From contig JAHPZE010000005.1 in NCBI GenBank assembly GCA_019058365.1, positions 96,001 through 160,000 of the forward strand: a DNA stretch of 64,000 bases. The letters are read 5' to 3'. The DNA is from Promethearchaeota archaeon. GTDB lineage: Archaea; Asgardarchaeota; Lokiarchaeia; Sigyniarchaeales; SOKP01. Each line of letters begins with the position of its first letter. Within the stretch, counting starts at the first letter, position 1. Positions 10,401 through 19,560 of the stretch are shown piece by piece. The notes under the pieces were generated by a model. That model was not told where the DNA came from. It searched no databases and saw nothing but the letters and a program-made list of their open reading frames with translations. Both the position numbers and the translations under genes were made by a program.

Positions 10401-11311
10401 AAGAAAGAAGAGTTTTAGGAGAAAGGTTAACTAAAAAGAAATATGAAATAATCTATAAGGACTTGTTTAAAGAATATTCAAGAGCTCAAAAAAGAGAATT
10501 TAGGGTTGGAATTGCTCAAATTGGTGTATCCAAATCTGGTGATATTATGAGAGAATTCTATACTATGACATTTTCAGGTCTCTTAAGCCTCAGACGTAAT
10601 AAAGTTGAAGCTTTAAGATTTAAAGTAAAAAATATGATTGAAAATGCACATAAAGAAGGTGTTAATGTTTTACTTTTTCCAGAAATGATCGTTGACCTCA
10701 ATTACAGTGAAATGTTAGAGGATATTTCTGATCTTGCTAAAAAATATGAAATGTACATAATTCCAGGTTCATTTCATGATCAAAAAACAAAGAGAAATCT
10801 TGCCAGGGTCTTTGGACCAGAGGGTATTCTTTGGGAACAAGAGAAACATATACCGGCAATTATACAACATGGAGAAAGAAAATTTAAGGAAGGTATAGAG
10901 GTAGAAAATCTTCCCCAAAAGATATTCGTTTATGATACAGAGTTTGGAAGAATTGTAATTTCTATTTGCCGCGATTTTCTTGATATGGATTTAAGAGTAG
11001 AACTGAAAAATTTTGAACCACCGGTTGATATAATTCTAAATCCTGCTTTTACTCCTGTCACTGCAGATTTTAAAGCAATACACTTCGATGCTCGGAGATC
11101 TATTTATGCTTACTGTTTTTTTGCCAACGTAGCTGAATTCGGTGATTCTCTTATCTATACACCCGAGAAAGATCGCACTGAGAGAAATATTCCGGCAAAA
11201 GAAGAGGGGTTGATTTATAAAGACATAGACCTTTTTAAATTGCGTTCAGAACGCAAAAAATGGGAAAAACAGCAAAAGAAAGAAGTACAATTTATTCAAA
11301 GTACAAGATAG
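7475..11311 (+). CDS. Large TPR/alpha-solenoid protein with C-terminal carbon-nitrogen hydrolase (nitrilase-fold) domain
   Basis: About 980 aa of helical repeats (e.g. WKEAANLYDQIA, AAEMYYKSG, AKESYERA), then RVGIAQ, LLFPEM (Glu, 10682), IIPGS, QEKH (Lys, 10844) and ICRDF (Cys, 10967), giving an intact E-K-C triad. Confidence 0.85.
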   Translation: MIMNGENIEILLEKAILEEKHYSWKEAANLYDQIAKSYLSMGDKKKAAEMYYKSGWSFFEASYASENTEDLIENSKNLIRTLKESENLFKENRNISEELECKGFRILLQAMFFTKSKPEVPNLVRESFEIIIRSYQLYNKDVINEKLARKPYVCSLIAVTLAYCSRDPKEIYITLQKGLDFAYEAWKISKEVKDFKLLTNSLELETTAWKILTFIKNFKQDKHWKEFLGNLILRCEESLKIIEESKDSQLLRTINWVTGLAYVNFGFHYLEEEVEQRKYLDKGLELIEKSIKFARDTRNNYVLIQIFFDLDFYLFVAGRIDYLQKRIINDIDEITKKGKIFENTNISSYFIANYLTAFYYSNSAQMSFFPITQRISYAKKGIEYARIALTKNICEFMNTLPYQALVWSYSQLINLTNLQEERIEFMQKMLEYANKAKEIGEKFEGGFTRTDGYSSIYRAYKTLADIADNKQEKVKMLNIAIDAGKNYANHALESRTGIITATLRLGLLYEEMGILTLNKEAFLRAKTLFDNLISECIEKKYHSYAAAGCEYIARIEDRLGNHNSSACYYEKAKTAYLNSLQNVGYKLLKNRINEKINYVDAWSFIEKAKAYHKKENHLKAKESYERAFKILRGFHNFNYESVYYSAWAIQEEAEQFSKLENHKEAIEKFDATNTIFNDSIKAMNKIANQIKDKFTIQRIERLKKVAQLRIKYCLARSHIEKARILGKKGEYSAAAELFASAASEFRDVCNLFKIESERVELEAVYFLCRAWESMELAEKFVDPERFADAANLFIKASELFSDSKLKLLASGNSAFCEALELGCEFDGTHEYNIKAELYPKIRTRLRKAASSYEKGGFEKGSDWALATLTYFDAAWSLIQADEKLEFEERKKLLSIGSEYLKSAAALFSKAGYKDKEKETLKHLNIVAKEEKIIFSALNSIKKPGISGSTVGIIAPACAVEISQSPRLGEVTQFTQEERRVLGERLTKKKYEIIYKDLFKEYSRAQKREFRVGIAQIGVSKSGDIMREFYTMTFSGLLSLRRNKVEALRFKVKNMIENAHKEGVNVLLFPEMIVDLNYSEMLEDISDLAKKYEMYIIPGSFHDQKTKRNLARVFGPEGILWEQEKHIPAIIQHGERKFKEGIEVENLPQKIFVYDTEFGRIVISICRDFLDMDLRVELKNFEPPVDIILNPAFTPVTADFKAIHFDARRSIYAYCFFANVAEFGDSLIYTPEKDRTERNIPAKEEGLIYKDIDLFKLRSERKKWEKQQKKEVQFIQSTR

Positions 11312-11396
11312 TTAAAATACTCTCTAAAATTTTAAATTATTTTAATAATAGTAAAGAATTATCTTTGAATGATAAATTTTAAAGTGTTCTATTTTA

Positions 11397-12212
11397 ATGA
11401 GTAAGGGATTTAAACTTCTTCGCGTAGAATATATATTTTCTGTATTAATACCATGTTTATTATGTATATATTTGAATAGTTATTATATAATTTCTCAAAT
11501 ATGGATATTAGCAGGATTTGCTTTTTATGCGATTACAGGGAATACTCTAAATGATTTCATTGATATGAAAGATCCTAATGAAAAAGAAACCTTAGAACGA
11601 GTGAAAGGATATGGGAGAAAAGAAATTGCTGTTCTTGCTATGGCAAGTTTCATGCTTGGAACCATGTGTTTTATAAATGGTATCTTAGTGAGACCAATTC
11701 TCGGAATATACTTGGGACTTATTGTATTTATGGTAGTTTTCTATTGTCTATTTAAAAAGCTTGTTATTATTAATCATATTATTTTGGGCATTTCTCATAT
11801 AATTTTACCTTATTTTATGATTAAAATTAATGCTGGAGATGTCTTCATGAATATTTTTCCCGAAATGGGGTTATTTGAATCTTTAATATTAGCAACTATA
11901 ACAGTTGTAGCATTTACAGGGCAAATGGTTCATGAGATGATTGATGGTGACTCATTAGCTAAATTAAAACCAAGATCATCTCAAATGGTAATTTGGGTAG
12001 CTTGTATAATTTCTTTACTAATTTCAATAATCTCTTTCATTATTACAAAATACTGGATATTCTTGCCAATTGTATTTTTTCCACTTGGAATTATGTATAT
12101 TTATAGAAAACCTCGGACTGATCTATTAGGAAGAACATCGCTAAAAGATACTGGAATTATATTAGGAAATCTTATGTTAGTGTATATCATTATTTTAATA
12201 TTGGCTCCATAA
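11397..12212 (+). CDS. UbiA prenyltransferase family membrane protein
   Basis: Multi-TM protein; FKLLR N-terminus, Asp-rich motif NDFIDMKD, second acidic motif HEMIDGD. Confidence 0.7.
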   Translation: MSKGFKLLRVEYIFSVLIPCLLCIYLNSYYIISQIWILAGFAFYAITGNTLNDFIDMKDPNEKETLERVKGYGRKEIAVLAMASFMLGTMCFINGILVRPILGIYLGLIVFMVVFYCLFKKLVIINHIILGISHIILPYFMIKINAGDVFMNIFPEMGLFESLILATITVVAFTGQMVHEMIDGDSLAKLKPRSSQMVIWVACIISLLISIISFIITKYWIFLPIVFFPLGIMYIYRKPRTDLLGRTSLKDTGIILGNLMLVYIIILILAP

Positions 12213-12284
12213 AAACAATAAGAATTATATTAATATCTACTAATATTAGATAAATTGATTTAAGTTTTTAAAAGGGGATTAAAA

Positions 12285-13556
12285 ATATCGAAAATAAAAC
12301 CTGTAAGTAAAGATTTTTTTTCTGACTTTGATGAGAAAGCATGTACTCGCTGTGGTGAATGCTTTCATAAATGTCCAGTTATGTTACTTCCTAAAGATTT
12401 AGCAATTGATGAGATTAAAAAATTGATTGCGGGAGAGAAGACCAAAAAAGTATTAAGTGAATGTCAAAGCTGTTTCTCATGTAATTTTTATTGTCCAGAG
12501 AATGCCCATCCAGCTGGTCTTGTTTTACAGCGATGGAATGAGCAATATCAAAAAGAGGAACTGAAAGTAAGAGCAAAACATTATATGACACTTTATCCAT
12601 ATTATCCTAACTTCCGATCCTATGTTATGGAACATTTACCAGAAAAAACAAAAGATCTTGTTAAGAGTTGGGCTTCTTTAAAACCTTTAAAGGGAGATAC
12701 ACTGACTTATCCAGGTTGTAATATCATAACATTTGCTGAACTTACACAAGCTAGTTTTTTTAAGGACTTAGATATAAGAGGCCGTTTAGAATATTGTTGT
12801 GGTGAAACTTTATTTCGAACAGGATATACAGAGGAGCTTTATCAGATTACTAAAAGATTAGATAAATGGTTTAATATTTTGAAACCTAAAAATTTACTTG
12901 TTCTTTGCACTGCAGGTACAAATGTTTTCAAAAATGTACTTCCTCAATATGGATTAACTTATAAATTTGAAGAGATAAAGTCATATATTCAATTCTTATG
13001 GGAAAAAATTGAGACTGGGAAACTTAAAATCAAGAAAAAATTAGATATGACCGTTACGATACAAGATTCTTGTTATTCTAAAATGTTCGGAGAAGAATAT
13101 ATGGATTTACCTCGAAAGATTTTAGATGCAATAGGGATAGAGATTATTGAAACGGAGTCATGTAAGCAGAATATGAGATGTTGTGGAATTGGTGCAGGAT
13201 TTTCAGTTGATTCCGCTTATCAATCATTTAGAATCCGGTCATCAACTCTTAGAAACTTTAAGGATTTTAAAAAGACTAAAGCTGATGCTGTATGTGTATA
13301 TTGTGCTGGATGCTTAGCAACATTCATTGGAAATAAGAAACTTTATTTTAAAAAACTTAAGGTTTATCATATTATTGAGTTAATACAAATGGCTATTGGA
13401 GAAAAACCTTGCTTAACATCAAAATTGAAAAAGAAAAGGGGCAATTATTTTTTCTGGGGTGCTATTCGAAAACAAGTCCCTAAATTACTATCAAAAAAAA
13501 CATTTAAAATAGCTAAAATTCCTGAAGAACCTCCTGAATACGATGAGGCTTGGTAA
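12285..13556 (+). CDS. HdrD/GlpC-like Fe-S oxidoreductase (2x[4Fe-4S] + 2 CCG domains), probable ATA start
   Basis: The frame upstream of ATG 12381 encodes CTRCGECFHKCP; the second cluster motif is CQSCFSCNFYCP; CCG motifs YCCGE, QDSC, CCGIG, YCAGC. ATA 12285 gives (M)SKIKP, matching the paralog start MSKLKR; GGGGA RBS 6 nt upstream. Confidence 0.85.
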   Translation: MSKIKPVSKDFFSDFDEKACTRCGECFHKCPVMLLPKDLAIDEIKKLIAGEKTKKVLSECQSCFSCNFYCPENAHPAGLVLQRWNEQYQKEELKVRAKHYMTLYPYYPNFRSYVMEHLPEKTKDLVKSWASLKPLKGDTLTYPGCNIITFAELTQASFFKDLDIRGRLEYCCGETLFRTGYTEELYQITKRLDKWFNILKPKNLLVLCTAGTNVFKNVLPQYGLTYKFEEIKSYIQFLWEKIETGKLKIKKKLDMTVTIQDSCYSKMFGEEYMDLPRKILDAIGIEIIETESCKQNMRCCGIGAGFSVDSAYQSFRIRSSTLRNFKDFKKTKADAVCVYCAGCLATFIGNKKLYFKKLKVYHIIELIQMAIGEKPCLTSKLKKKRGNYFFWGAIRKQVPKLLSKKTFKIAKIPEEPPEYDEAW

Positions 13557-13558
13557 TT

Positions 13559-14920
13559 ATGAGTAAACTTAAAAGAATATCAGGATTTAGAGAAGACCTA
13601 TGTAATTTATGTGGTGAATGCCTACATTTATGTCCTGTCTTAAGCCTACCTATTGAGGATGCAAAGGAAGAGATTAAGAACTTAATTGAAGGAAAGGACT
13701 CCAAATATACCCTAACTAAATGTAATACCTGTTTTTCTTGTAATTTGTATTGTCCTCAAAATGCAAATCCTTATAATTTAATTCTTGAGAGATGGAATGA
13801 CCTTTACAAAAAAAGAGCAGCCCCGTCATTATATCGTTTTGTCTGTCCTACTGAACAAAATAATATTTGGCAACTACTAAATATTTTTTTATCTAATCAG
13901 GAAAGAAGATGGATTTATAAATGGTTTAATTACATCCCAAAACCTAATGATACCCCATTATTGATTGGAAATTATACCCATTTATTTCCATTTATAATAG
14001 GCGGAAGTAAATTATTAGATTATTTTAAGCCTATTGACAGAATTGATCAATGGGAAGGTGGTGCATATTTATACCAAGGTGGATATTTAGATGTTGTCCA
14101 AAGGATCGCTCAGAGAACAAAGATTGAATTTGATAACTGGGGTGTAAAAAAAATTGCTGCTTGTTTGGATGCGGTTGAATATATATTTAAAGAAGTTCAT
14201 CCTAAAGAGATGGGAGTAGTTCATGCTCAAGAATTTGTTAATTTTAACCAATGGTTATTAGATAAAATTAATTCTAATGAAATTCAGCTAAAAAATCAAT
14301 TAAATTTGAAAGTAACAGTTCATGATAATTGTTATTCTAAAAGTCTAGATGGTGCTTATTGGGAAGCTCCTCGAGAAATATTAAAAAAATGTGGATGTCG
14401 AATTAAAGAAATGAAACATAATCGAAAGAATTCATTGTGTTGTGGTTTCGGCGCAGGGGCTTCTTGGGTAAAAAATATTTCAATCCCATTTGATATTATT
14501 TCGGAAGGATTCAAAAAATTCAAAGAAGCAGAAGACACGGGCGCAAAAGCTTTAATATCCTACTGTGGGGGCTGTATTTATTTATTATGGGCTATAAAAG
14601 AGCTCAAACGAAGTAAAATAGATATATTCCATGTTATTGAAATTGTAAGAATGGCTATGGGAGAAAGGTTGAATTATCCGCAAGATCACATTAAACGAGC
14701 ATGGGATATTATCGCAATTATATCTTATTCGCTACTACTTTCTGTTTATAAAAAGAATTTTTTCTTAAATAAATTAATATATGATGAAAAATTCAGTTCT
14801 TTCCAGCCAAAAAGGCATACTCTTTTAAAAATTATGAGAGCTTTATTTAAGATCTCATTAGTCAGAAAGGTTTATGCTTTACTTTTTCGTTTGTTCATGC
14901 CAATTTTAAGAACTAGGTAA
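13559..14920 (+). CDS. HdrD/GlpC-like Fe-S oxidoreductase paralog with degenerate first CCG domain
   Basis: CNLCGECLHLCP, CNTCFSCNLYCP, HDNC, CCGFG, YCGGC. WEGG replaces CCGE in the first CCG domain. Confidence 0.85.
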   Translation: MSKLKRISGFREDLCNLCGECLHLCPVLSLPIEDAKEEIKNLIEGKDSKYTLTKCNTCFSCNLYCPQNANPYNLILERWNDLYKKRAAPSLYRFVCPTEQNNIWQLLNIFLSNQERRWIYKWFNYIPKPNDTPLLIGNYTHLFPFIIGGSKLLDYFKPIDRIDQWEGGAYLYQGGYLDVVQRIAQRTKIEFDNWGVKKIAACLDAVEYIFKEVHPKEMGVVHAQEFVNFNQWLLDKINSNEIQLKNQLNLKVTVHDNCYSKSLDGAYWEAPREILKKCGCRIKEMKHNRKNSLCCGFGAGASWVKNISIPFDIISEGFKKFKEAEDTGAKALISYCGGCIYLLWAIKELKRSKIDIFHVIEIVRMAMGERLNYPQDHIKRAWDIIAIISYSLLLSVYKKNFFLNKLIYDEKFSSFQPKRHTLLKIMRALFKISLVRKVYALLFRLFMPILRTR

Positions 14921-15068
14921 TTTCACATACTTTTTAGTGAAAATTAAGGTTTTATTATAATTCATTATAGAGTGACTTTTTAAATATCTTTAAAAAATAT
15001 TAAATAATTACCTCATATTCGAAAGACAATTATCGATTAAGATATCCAAATCAATATATTAATAGTAT

Positions 15069-16316
15069 TTGGAGGAGTTACTCATATCTGATATAGAATC
15101 TCAAAATTCAATACAGTATATTCAACAAAAAGATGAATTTGATTATTTGAAGAGTTTGATTAGCTCTGTTGATAAAGGGAAATGTGTTGGTATTTTATTA
15201 CACGGTCCTCCTGGTACTGGTAAGACTTTATTAGCAATTTCACTTGCACAGAATTTTAATTCTTCTTACTATATAATTGATGGATCTCCTGATCTTGATA
15301 GAAGAGATATTGAAGGTAATTGGGAACTTATTAAAGGAGCAACCAAATTTAACTATGGACCATTAACTTTAGCAATTAAAGATGCGAATAAACGTGGAAT
15401 TTCCTTTGTTATCATTAATGAAATAAATGCTATAAGAGAGAATGAACAAATATCTTTAAACTCGTTATTATCTGAATACCACATCAATTTAATCTCTAAG
15501 GCGTTTGAGAAACATGAACTAAGTTCTAAAAGTAAGTTAATAATAATCGGAACCATGAATAAGGGAGTTGCTGGAATAAATAAACTTCAAGAAGCATTTG
15601 AAGATCGATTCATAATAAGCCCAGAAATAAATTACCCTTTAAAAAATAAGGAAATTGATATCGCTATTAAAATGTCAGGATGTAAAGAAAAAATCGCTGA
15701 AATTGTTGTAGATGCAGCCCGGCAAATAAGAAAACAAGCGATACAGGACTTCTCAATTACAAAAATCTTCTCAACTCGTTTGATTATTAATTTTTGTATG
15801 TTAATTTCCAAAATGCCTCCTAAATTTTTAAAAAATAATATTGAAAATGTAATCTTAAACAAACTTGGAAATACTCCTGAAGAAAAGAAGTCGATCGCAA
15901 TGATACTAGATGGTAAAATGTTTGAGAGTAAATTAAAAGAAGAACTAATTAATAAAGCAGGTGTTCCATTAGTATGGGAAGATGCTATTGATAATTGCTC
16001 AGTAGATCAGATTATTTTAAAGACCAAATCGTGTTTTGATAATTATATTAAGACTTGGGGGAGAGGAAATACAATTAAAAAAAATGGAAATATAATGTGG
16101 AAGCCATTACAATGGATGTGGAATAAAAATAGATTAATTTTACAAGAATATATCAAACTAACAGAATTATTAAGATTTCCAGTAATCTATAAACAAGAAA
16201 CAGGAAAAGATCATATCTACAATGAAGTATTGACATTGAATTACATTCGATGGCTTTACCAACAGAAAATAGAAGAATTAACAAATTTTATGGCAAAAAT
16301 ATTTCCAGTTATTTAG
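15069..16316 (+). CDS. MoxR-clade (CbbQ/NorQ/CobS-like, AAA_5) ATPase with C-terminal extension
   Basis: Walker A GPPGTGKT, Walker B variant VIINEIN, sensor-1 GTMN, Arg finger EDRF, sensor-2 FSTR. The start may be ATA 15084. Confidence 0.88.
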   Translation: MEELLISDIESQNSIQYIQQKDEFDYLKSLISSVDKGKCVGILLHGPPGTGKTLLAISLAQNFNSSYYIIDGSPDLDRRDIEGNWELIKGATKFNYGPLTLAIKDANKRGISFVIINEINAIRENEQISLNSLLSEYHINLISKAFEKHELSSKSKLIIIGTMNKGVAGINKLQEAFEDRFIISPEINYPLKNKEIDIAIKMSGCKEKIAEIVVDAARQIRKQAIQDFSITKIFSTRLIINFCMLISKMPPKFLKNNIENVILNKLGNTPEEKKSIAMILDGKMFESKLKEELINKAGVPLVWEDAIDNCSVDQIILKTKSCFDNYIKTWGRGNTIKKNGNIMWKPLQWMWNKNRLILQEYIKLTELLRFPVIYKQETGKDHIYNEVLTLNYIRWLYQQKIEELTNFMAKIFPVI

Positions 16317-16358
16317 ACTTCAAATCAAATTGATTCAAAATAAGAGTTTTAAAAAAAA

Positions 16359-18332
16359 ATGGCAGAATTATTTGATCTTTTTGAAAGAGATTTTTTTACT
16401 GATATTTTAGCACTAACTAATATTGGGAAAAGAATTAGTGGAAATAATGAAATCATGATCCAATTCTTAAATGGGGTAGAAGCAGTATATACAGATTGTA
16501 GATTTATCTACTTACCTACAAAATATAAATCAGAAATTAAAGATGCTCAAGGACTTGTAGCTCATGAAAGTGGACACATAGGGTATGGCTCATTTGAGCT
16601 TGCGTTCAAAAAGCTAATTGATACACTTGCTAATAAATATAAAATGCCTCATTTTTTTGTAAAAAACGTTGTAAATGTCGTTGAAGATGTAAGAGTTAAT
16701 GCTATTAATAATATAAAATTCCCAGGTTTTTACAGGAATCTAAGATTATTAACAAAAAGAATGTTACCTAGACTTATATCAAGGATTGAAAAAGCTAAAG
16801 ATATTTTACTCTACATTAATCTATTTCTTGAAGAATATGAAGGTTTTCAGTTGAAACCTACTATAAAAGATATCGAAATGAGTGGAGATGATTGGGAGGG
16901 AATTTCAGAAGTGAAAAAATTTCTATTTAAAAATTTAACTCCTAGTTCTTCAATTATTTCATGTGATTTATTATGTAAATTCCTCAAAAAGTATTTTTCA
17001 TTCGAAGAAATGAATACAACGAAGGATATTAATGGTCTTCAAGGTAAAAATAACAACACCATCCATCAAATCGAAAATTTATCTACAAATAAAAAAAATC
17101 AAGACAAAACTAAATTAGATAGAACTAGTGAAGAACTAATTGAAAAACTAAAAGACATCAATTTAGAACCTGGAGATTTAGAGATATTAAGTGAAGAAGA
17201 TGAATCAAAAGAAGAGAATGACAAAAATAAAGCTAGAAAAAAGAAAAATAAAAGTAAAAAAAAGTCTGGAACAAAAAGTAAAAGAGAAAATACAAAAGAT
17301 AAAAATAAAATTATTGATACACCTGAAAATAAGGATTTAAAGAAAAGTCAAAAAAAGTTAGTAATTAGTGAATCACTTGAACAAGAAATGAATATTGCCT
17401 TCTTAGAATGTGATCTTAACCAAAAACAAAAAGAAACGAAATTAAAAGAAATATCAAAATTAGTAAAAGAAGCGGAAGAAGCAATGAAAGAACGTTTGAT
17501 TTTCTTAGAAAAGGGGGAATATTTAATTATTCCTCATAAAGATAAAGGAAAAAGGAATGTAAAAGATACTAAAATTGAAAATGAGAGCATGATTCCTTCG
17601 GGGATGTCTTATTCTCAAATAAAAGTAAAATATATGAATACGATTAAAAAAATGAAATTGATTTTTTCAGATTTAAAAAACAAATCGGGTAATGATTCAT
17701 TTCAAAAAAAAGGGCGATTAAACAATAAATTTGTAAAGGCGATTACAAGTGATTATAAATTTAAACAATGTTTTACAAGGAAATTGTTAAATAAAGAATT
17801 GAGATTATTAGTTTTAGTCGATATAAGTGGCAGTATGAGGGGGATAAAAGTACAAGCAGCTAAAATAGCGTTGGTTATGCTAAGTGAAGCTCTTGAAGAT
17901 ATTGCAAAGATTAGAATTGTATTATTTACAGGTACATTCCATGCATTAAATATTTTAGTAAAAGATTTTGAGGAAATGCTTAATCCTCGTAAAATTGATA
18001 AATTTGGTTGCCATTCAAGAGACGGACAAAATATTGATGGTGTATCAATTAAGCATGAAGCAAATAAATTAGATAAAGAGGATATAATAATTGTTATTTC
18101 AGATGGACAGCCTGCAGCTAATGGTGGCTACAATTTAAATGATGCGATTCCGGAGATTCACCAAGTGAGAAAAAAGTTTAAAACTTTCGCATTCTCTATA
18201 GATTCGCAAGGAGAATACTTAAATAAAATGTATGGGAATGATTGGGTTTTAACGAACTCTAGTAATCAAACAGAATTAGGGCAAAAGATGATAAAATTTT
18301 GTCAAATAATTGCCCGTGAATTTTTTAGATAG
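16359..18332 (+). CDS. CobT/NorD-like VWA protein with N-terminal HExxH domain and K/E-rich linker
   Basis: AHESGH...NVVEDVRVN N-domain, low-complexity charged linker, GRLN, MIDAS VDISGSM, ISDGQP. Confidence 0.85.
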   Translation: MAELFDLFERDFFTDILALTNIGKRISGNNEIMIQFLNGVEAVYTDCRFIYLPTKYKSEIKDAQGLVAHESGHIGYGSFELAFKKLIDTLANKYKMPHFFVKNVVNVVEDVRVNAINNIKFPGFYRNLRLLTKRMLPRLISRIEKAKDILLYINLFLEEYEGFQLKPTIKDIEMSGDDWEGISEVKKFLFKNLTPSSSIISCDLLCKFLKKYFSFEEMNTTKDINGLQGKNNNTIHQIENLSTNKKNQDKTKLDRTSEELIEKLKDINLEPGDLEILSEEDESKEENDKNKARKKKNKSKKKSGTKSKRENTKDKNKIIDTPENKDLKKSQKKLVISESLEQEMNIAFLECDLNQKQKETKLKEISKLVKEAEEAMKERLIFLEKGEYLIIPHKDKGKRNVKDTKIENESMIPSGMSYSQIKVKYMNTIKKMKLIFSDLKNKSGNDSFQKKGRLNNKFVKAITSDYKFKQCFTRKLLNKELRLLVLVDISGSMRGIKVQAAKIALVMLSEALEDIAKIRIVLFTGTFHALNILVKDFEEMLNPRKIDKFGCHSRDGQNIDGVSIKHEANKLDKEDIIIVISDGQPAANGGYNLNDAIPEIHQVRKKFKTFAFSIDSQGEYLNKMYGNDWVLTNSSNQTELGQKMIKFCQIIAREFFR

Positions 18333-18402
18333 GGTGGCTTTTTATTCTTTAGAGGAAATATTGAAAAATACTAATACTGCTAAAATTTAATATTGAAATT
18401 AT

Positions 18403-19446
18403 ATGAATTCACAGTTAATAAAGAAGGCTAAATATCAGAGAAGGATTGATGATAAATACTCTCAATGTTTAACTTGTGAGAGAAAATGTAAGATTTTAAA
18501 TGGAAATGCTGGATTTTGTCAAACACGGATTAATATAGACGGTGAAATTTATTCTATAGTTTATGGATTAATTCCTGCTCTATCGTTTAATCCAATAGAA
18601 AAAAAGCCTTTCTATCATTTTTATCCCGGCAGTACAGCTATAACAATAGGAACTTATGGTTGTAATTTTGCATGTTTTTGGTGTCAAAATCATCACCTTT
18701 CAAAGGCAAACCCTTTAAATCTTTTTCAATTTACTGCATCTGAAGATTATTTTACTCCTAAAAAGCTCATTGAGATTGCATTAAAAAGAAAATGTCAAGG
18801 AACTTCAATATCCTTTAACGAACCTACATTACTGTTTGAATATTCATTAGAAGTATTCAAACTAGCAAAGCAGCATGGATTATATAATACTTATGTTACA
18901 AATGGCTATATGACTGAAGATGTTTTAAGGGATCTAGTAGACGCTGGTCTTGATGCAATGAACATAGACATAAAAGGAGATTCTGATATGATTAAGAAAT
19001 ATTGTGGCGCAAATGTAGATAAAGTATGGAGAAACGCCAAGTTAGCAAAAAACTTAGGTGTTCATATAGAGATAACAACATTATTAATTCAAGGATTTAA
19101 TTCCAATCAAAAAATTATTAGAAAACTTACTGAGAGAATAGTTAGTGAATTAGGTGAACTAACACCATTTCATATCAGTCGGTTCTTTCCTCATTATAAA
19201 GCACAAAACTACGGACTTTCTGAGCCTACACCTTTAGATCTTCTATATGAAGCTTATAAGAATGCAAATGATGTTGGTTTGAAATACATTTACTTAGGGA
19301 ATTTACCTATAAACAATTATGATAATACTTATTGCCCAAAATGTTCTAAACTAGTCATCAAAAGAAAAGTATTTGGGATCAAAGAGTTATATTTAGATTC
19401 TGAGGGAAATTGCAAGTTTTGTGGATTTCCAATTTGTATTATTTGA
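18403..19446 (+). CDS. amrS: AmmeMemoRadiSam system radical SAM enzyme
   Basis: CLTCERKC...GFCQTR, PIEKKPFYHFYPG, GCNFACFWCQN, FNEP, VTNGY, FHISRFFP, YLGN, C-terminal CPKC/CKFC. Confidence 0.92.
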   Translation: MNSQLIKKAKYQRRIDDKYSQCLTCERKCKILNGNAGFCQTRINIDGEIYSIVYGLIPALSFNPIEKKPFYHFYPGSTAITIGTYGCNFACFWCQNHHLSKANPLNLFQFTASEDYFTPKKLIEIALKRKCQGTSISFNEPTLLFEYSLEVFKLAKQHGLYNTYVTNGYMTEDVLRDLVDAGLDAMNIDIKGDSDMIKKYCGANVDKVWRNAKLAKNLGVHIEITTLLIQGFNSNQKIIRKLTERIVSELGELTPFHISRFFPHYKAQNYGLSEPTPLDLLYEAYKNANDVGLKYIYLGNLPINNYDNTYCPKCSKLVIKRKVFGIKELYLDSEGNCKFCGFPICII

Positions 19447-19470
19447 TTTTTTTCTTCAACTTTTTTTTAT
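19447..19470 (+). terminator. Oligo-T tract, likely archaeal terminator
   Basis: TTTTTTTCTTCAACTTTTTTTT immediately after the amrS stop; weak evidence in such an AT-rich genome. Confidence 0.4.
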
Positions 19471-19560
19471 TAATTCAAATAAGATGTAGTTTTTAAATAG
19501 CACTTAGTAATTATTTTTAGAAGTACAAGAATTCAAATTTCATTTTTAAAGGTTTAAAAA

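Noticed and set aside
15069-18332. Calling the first AAA/VWA pair cobaltochelatase CobST or NorQD
   Set aside because: The architecture is similar, but there are no cobN, nor or cbb genes in context, so a specific function is unsupported.
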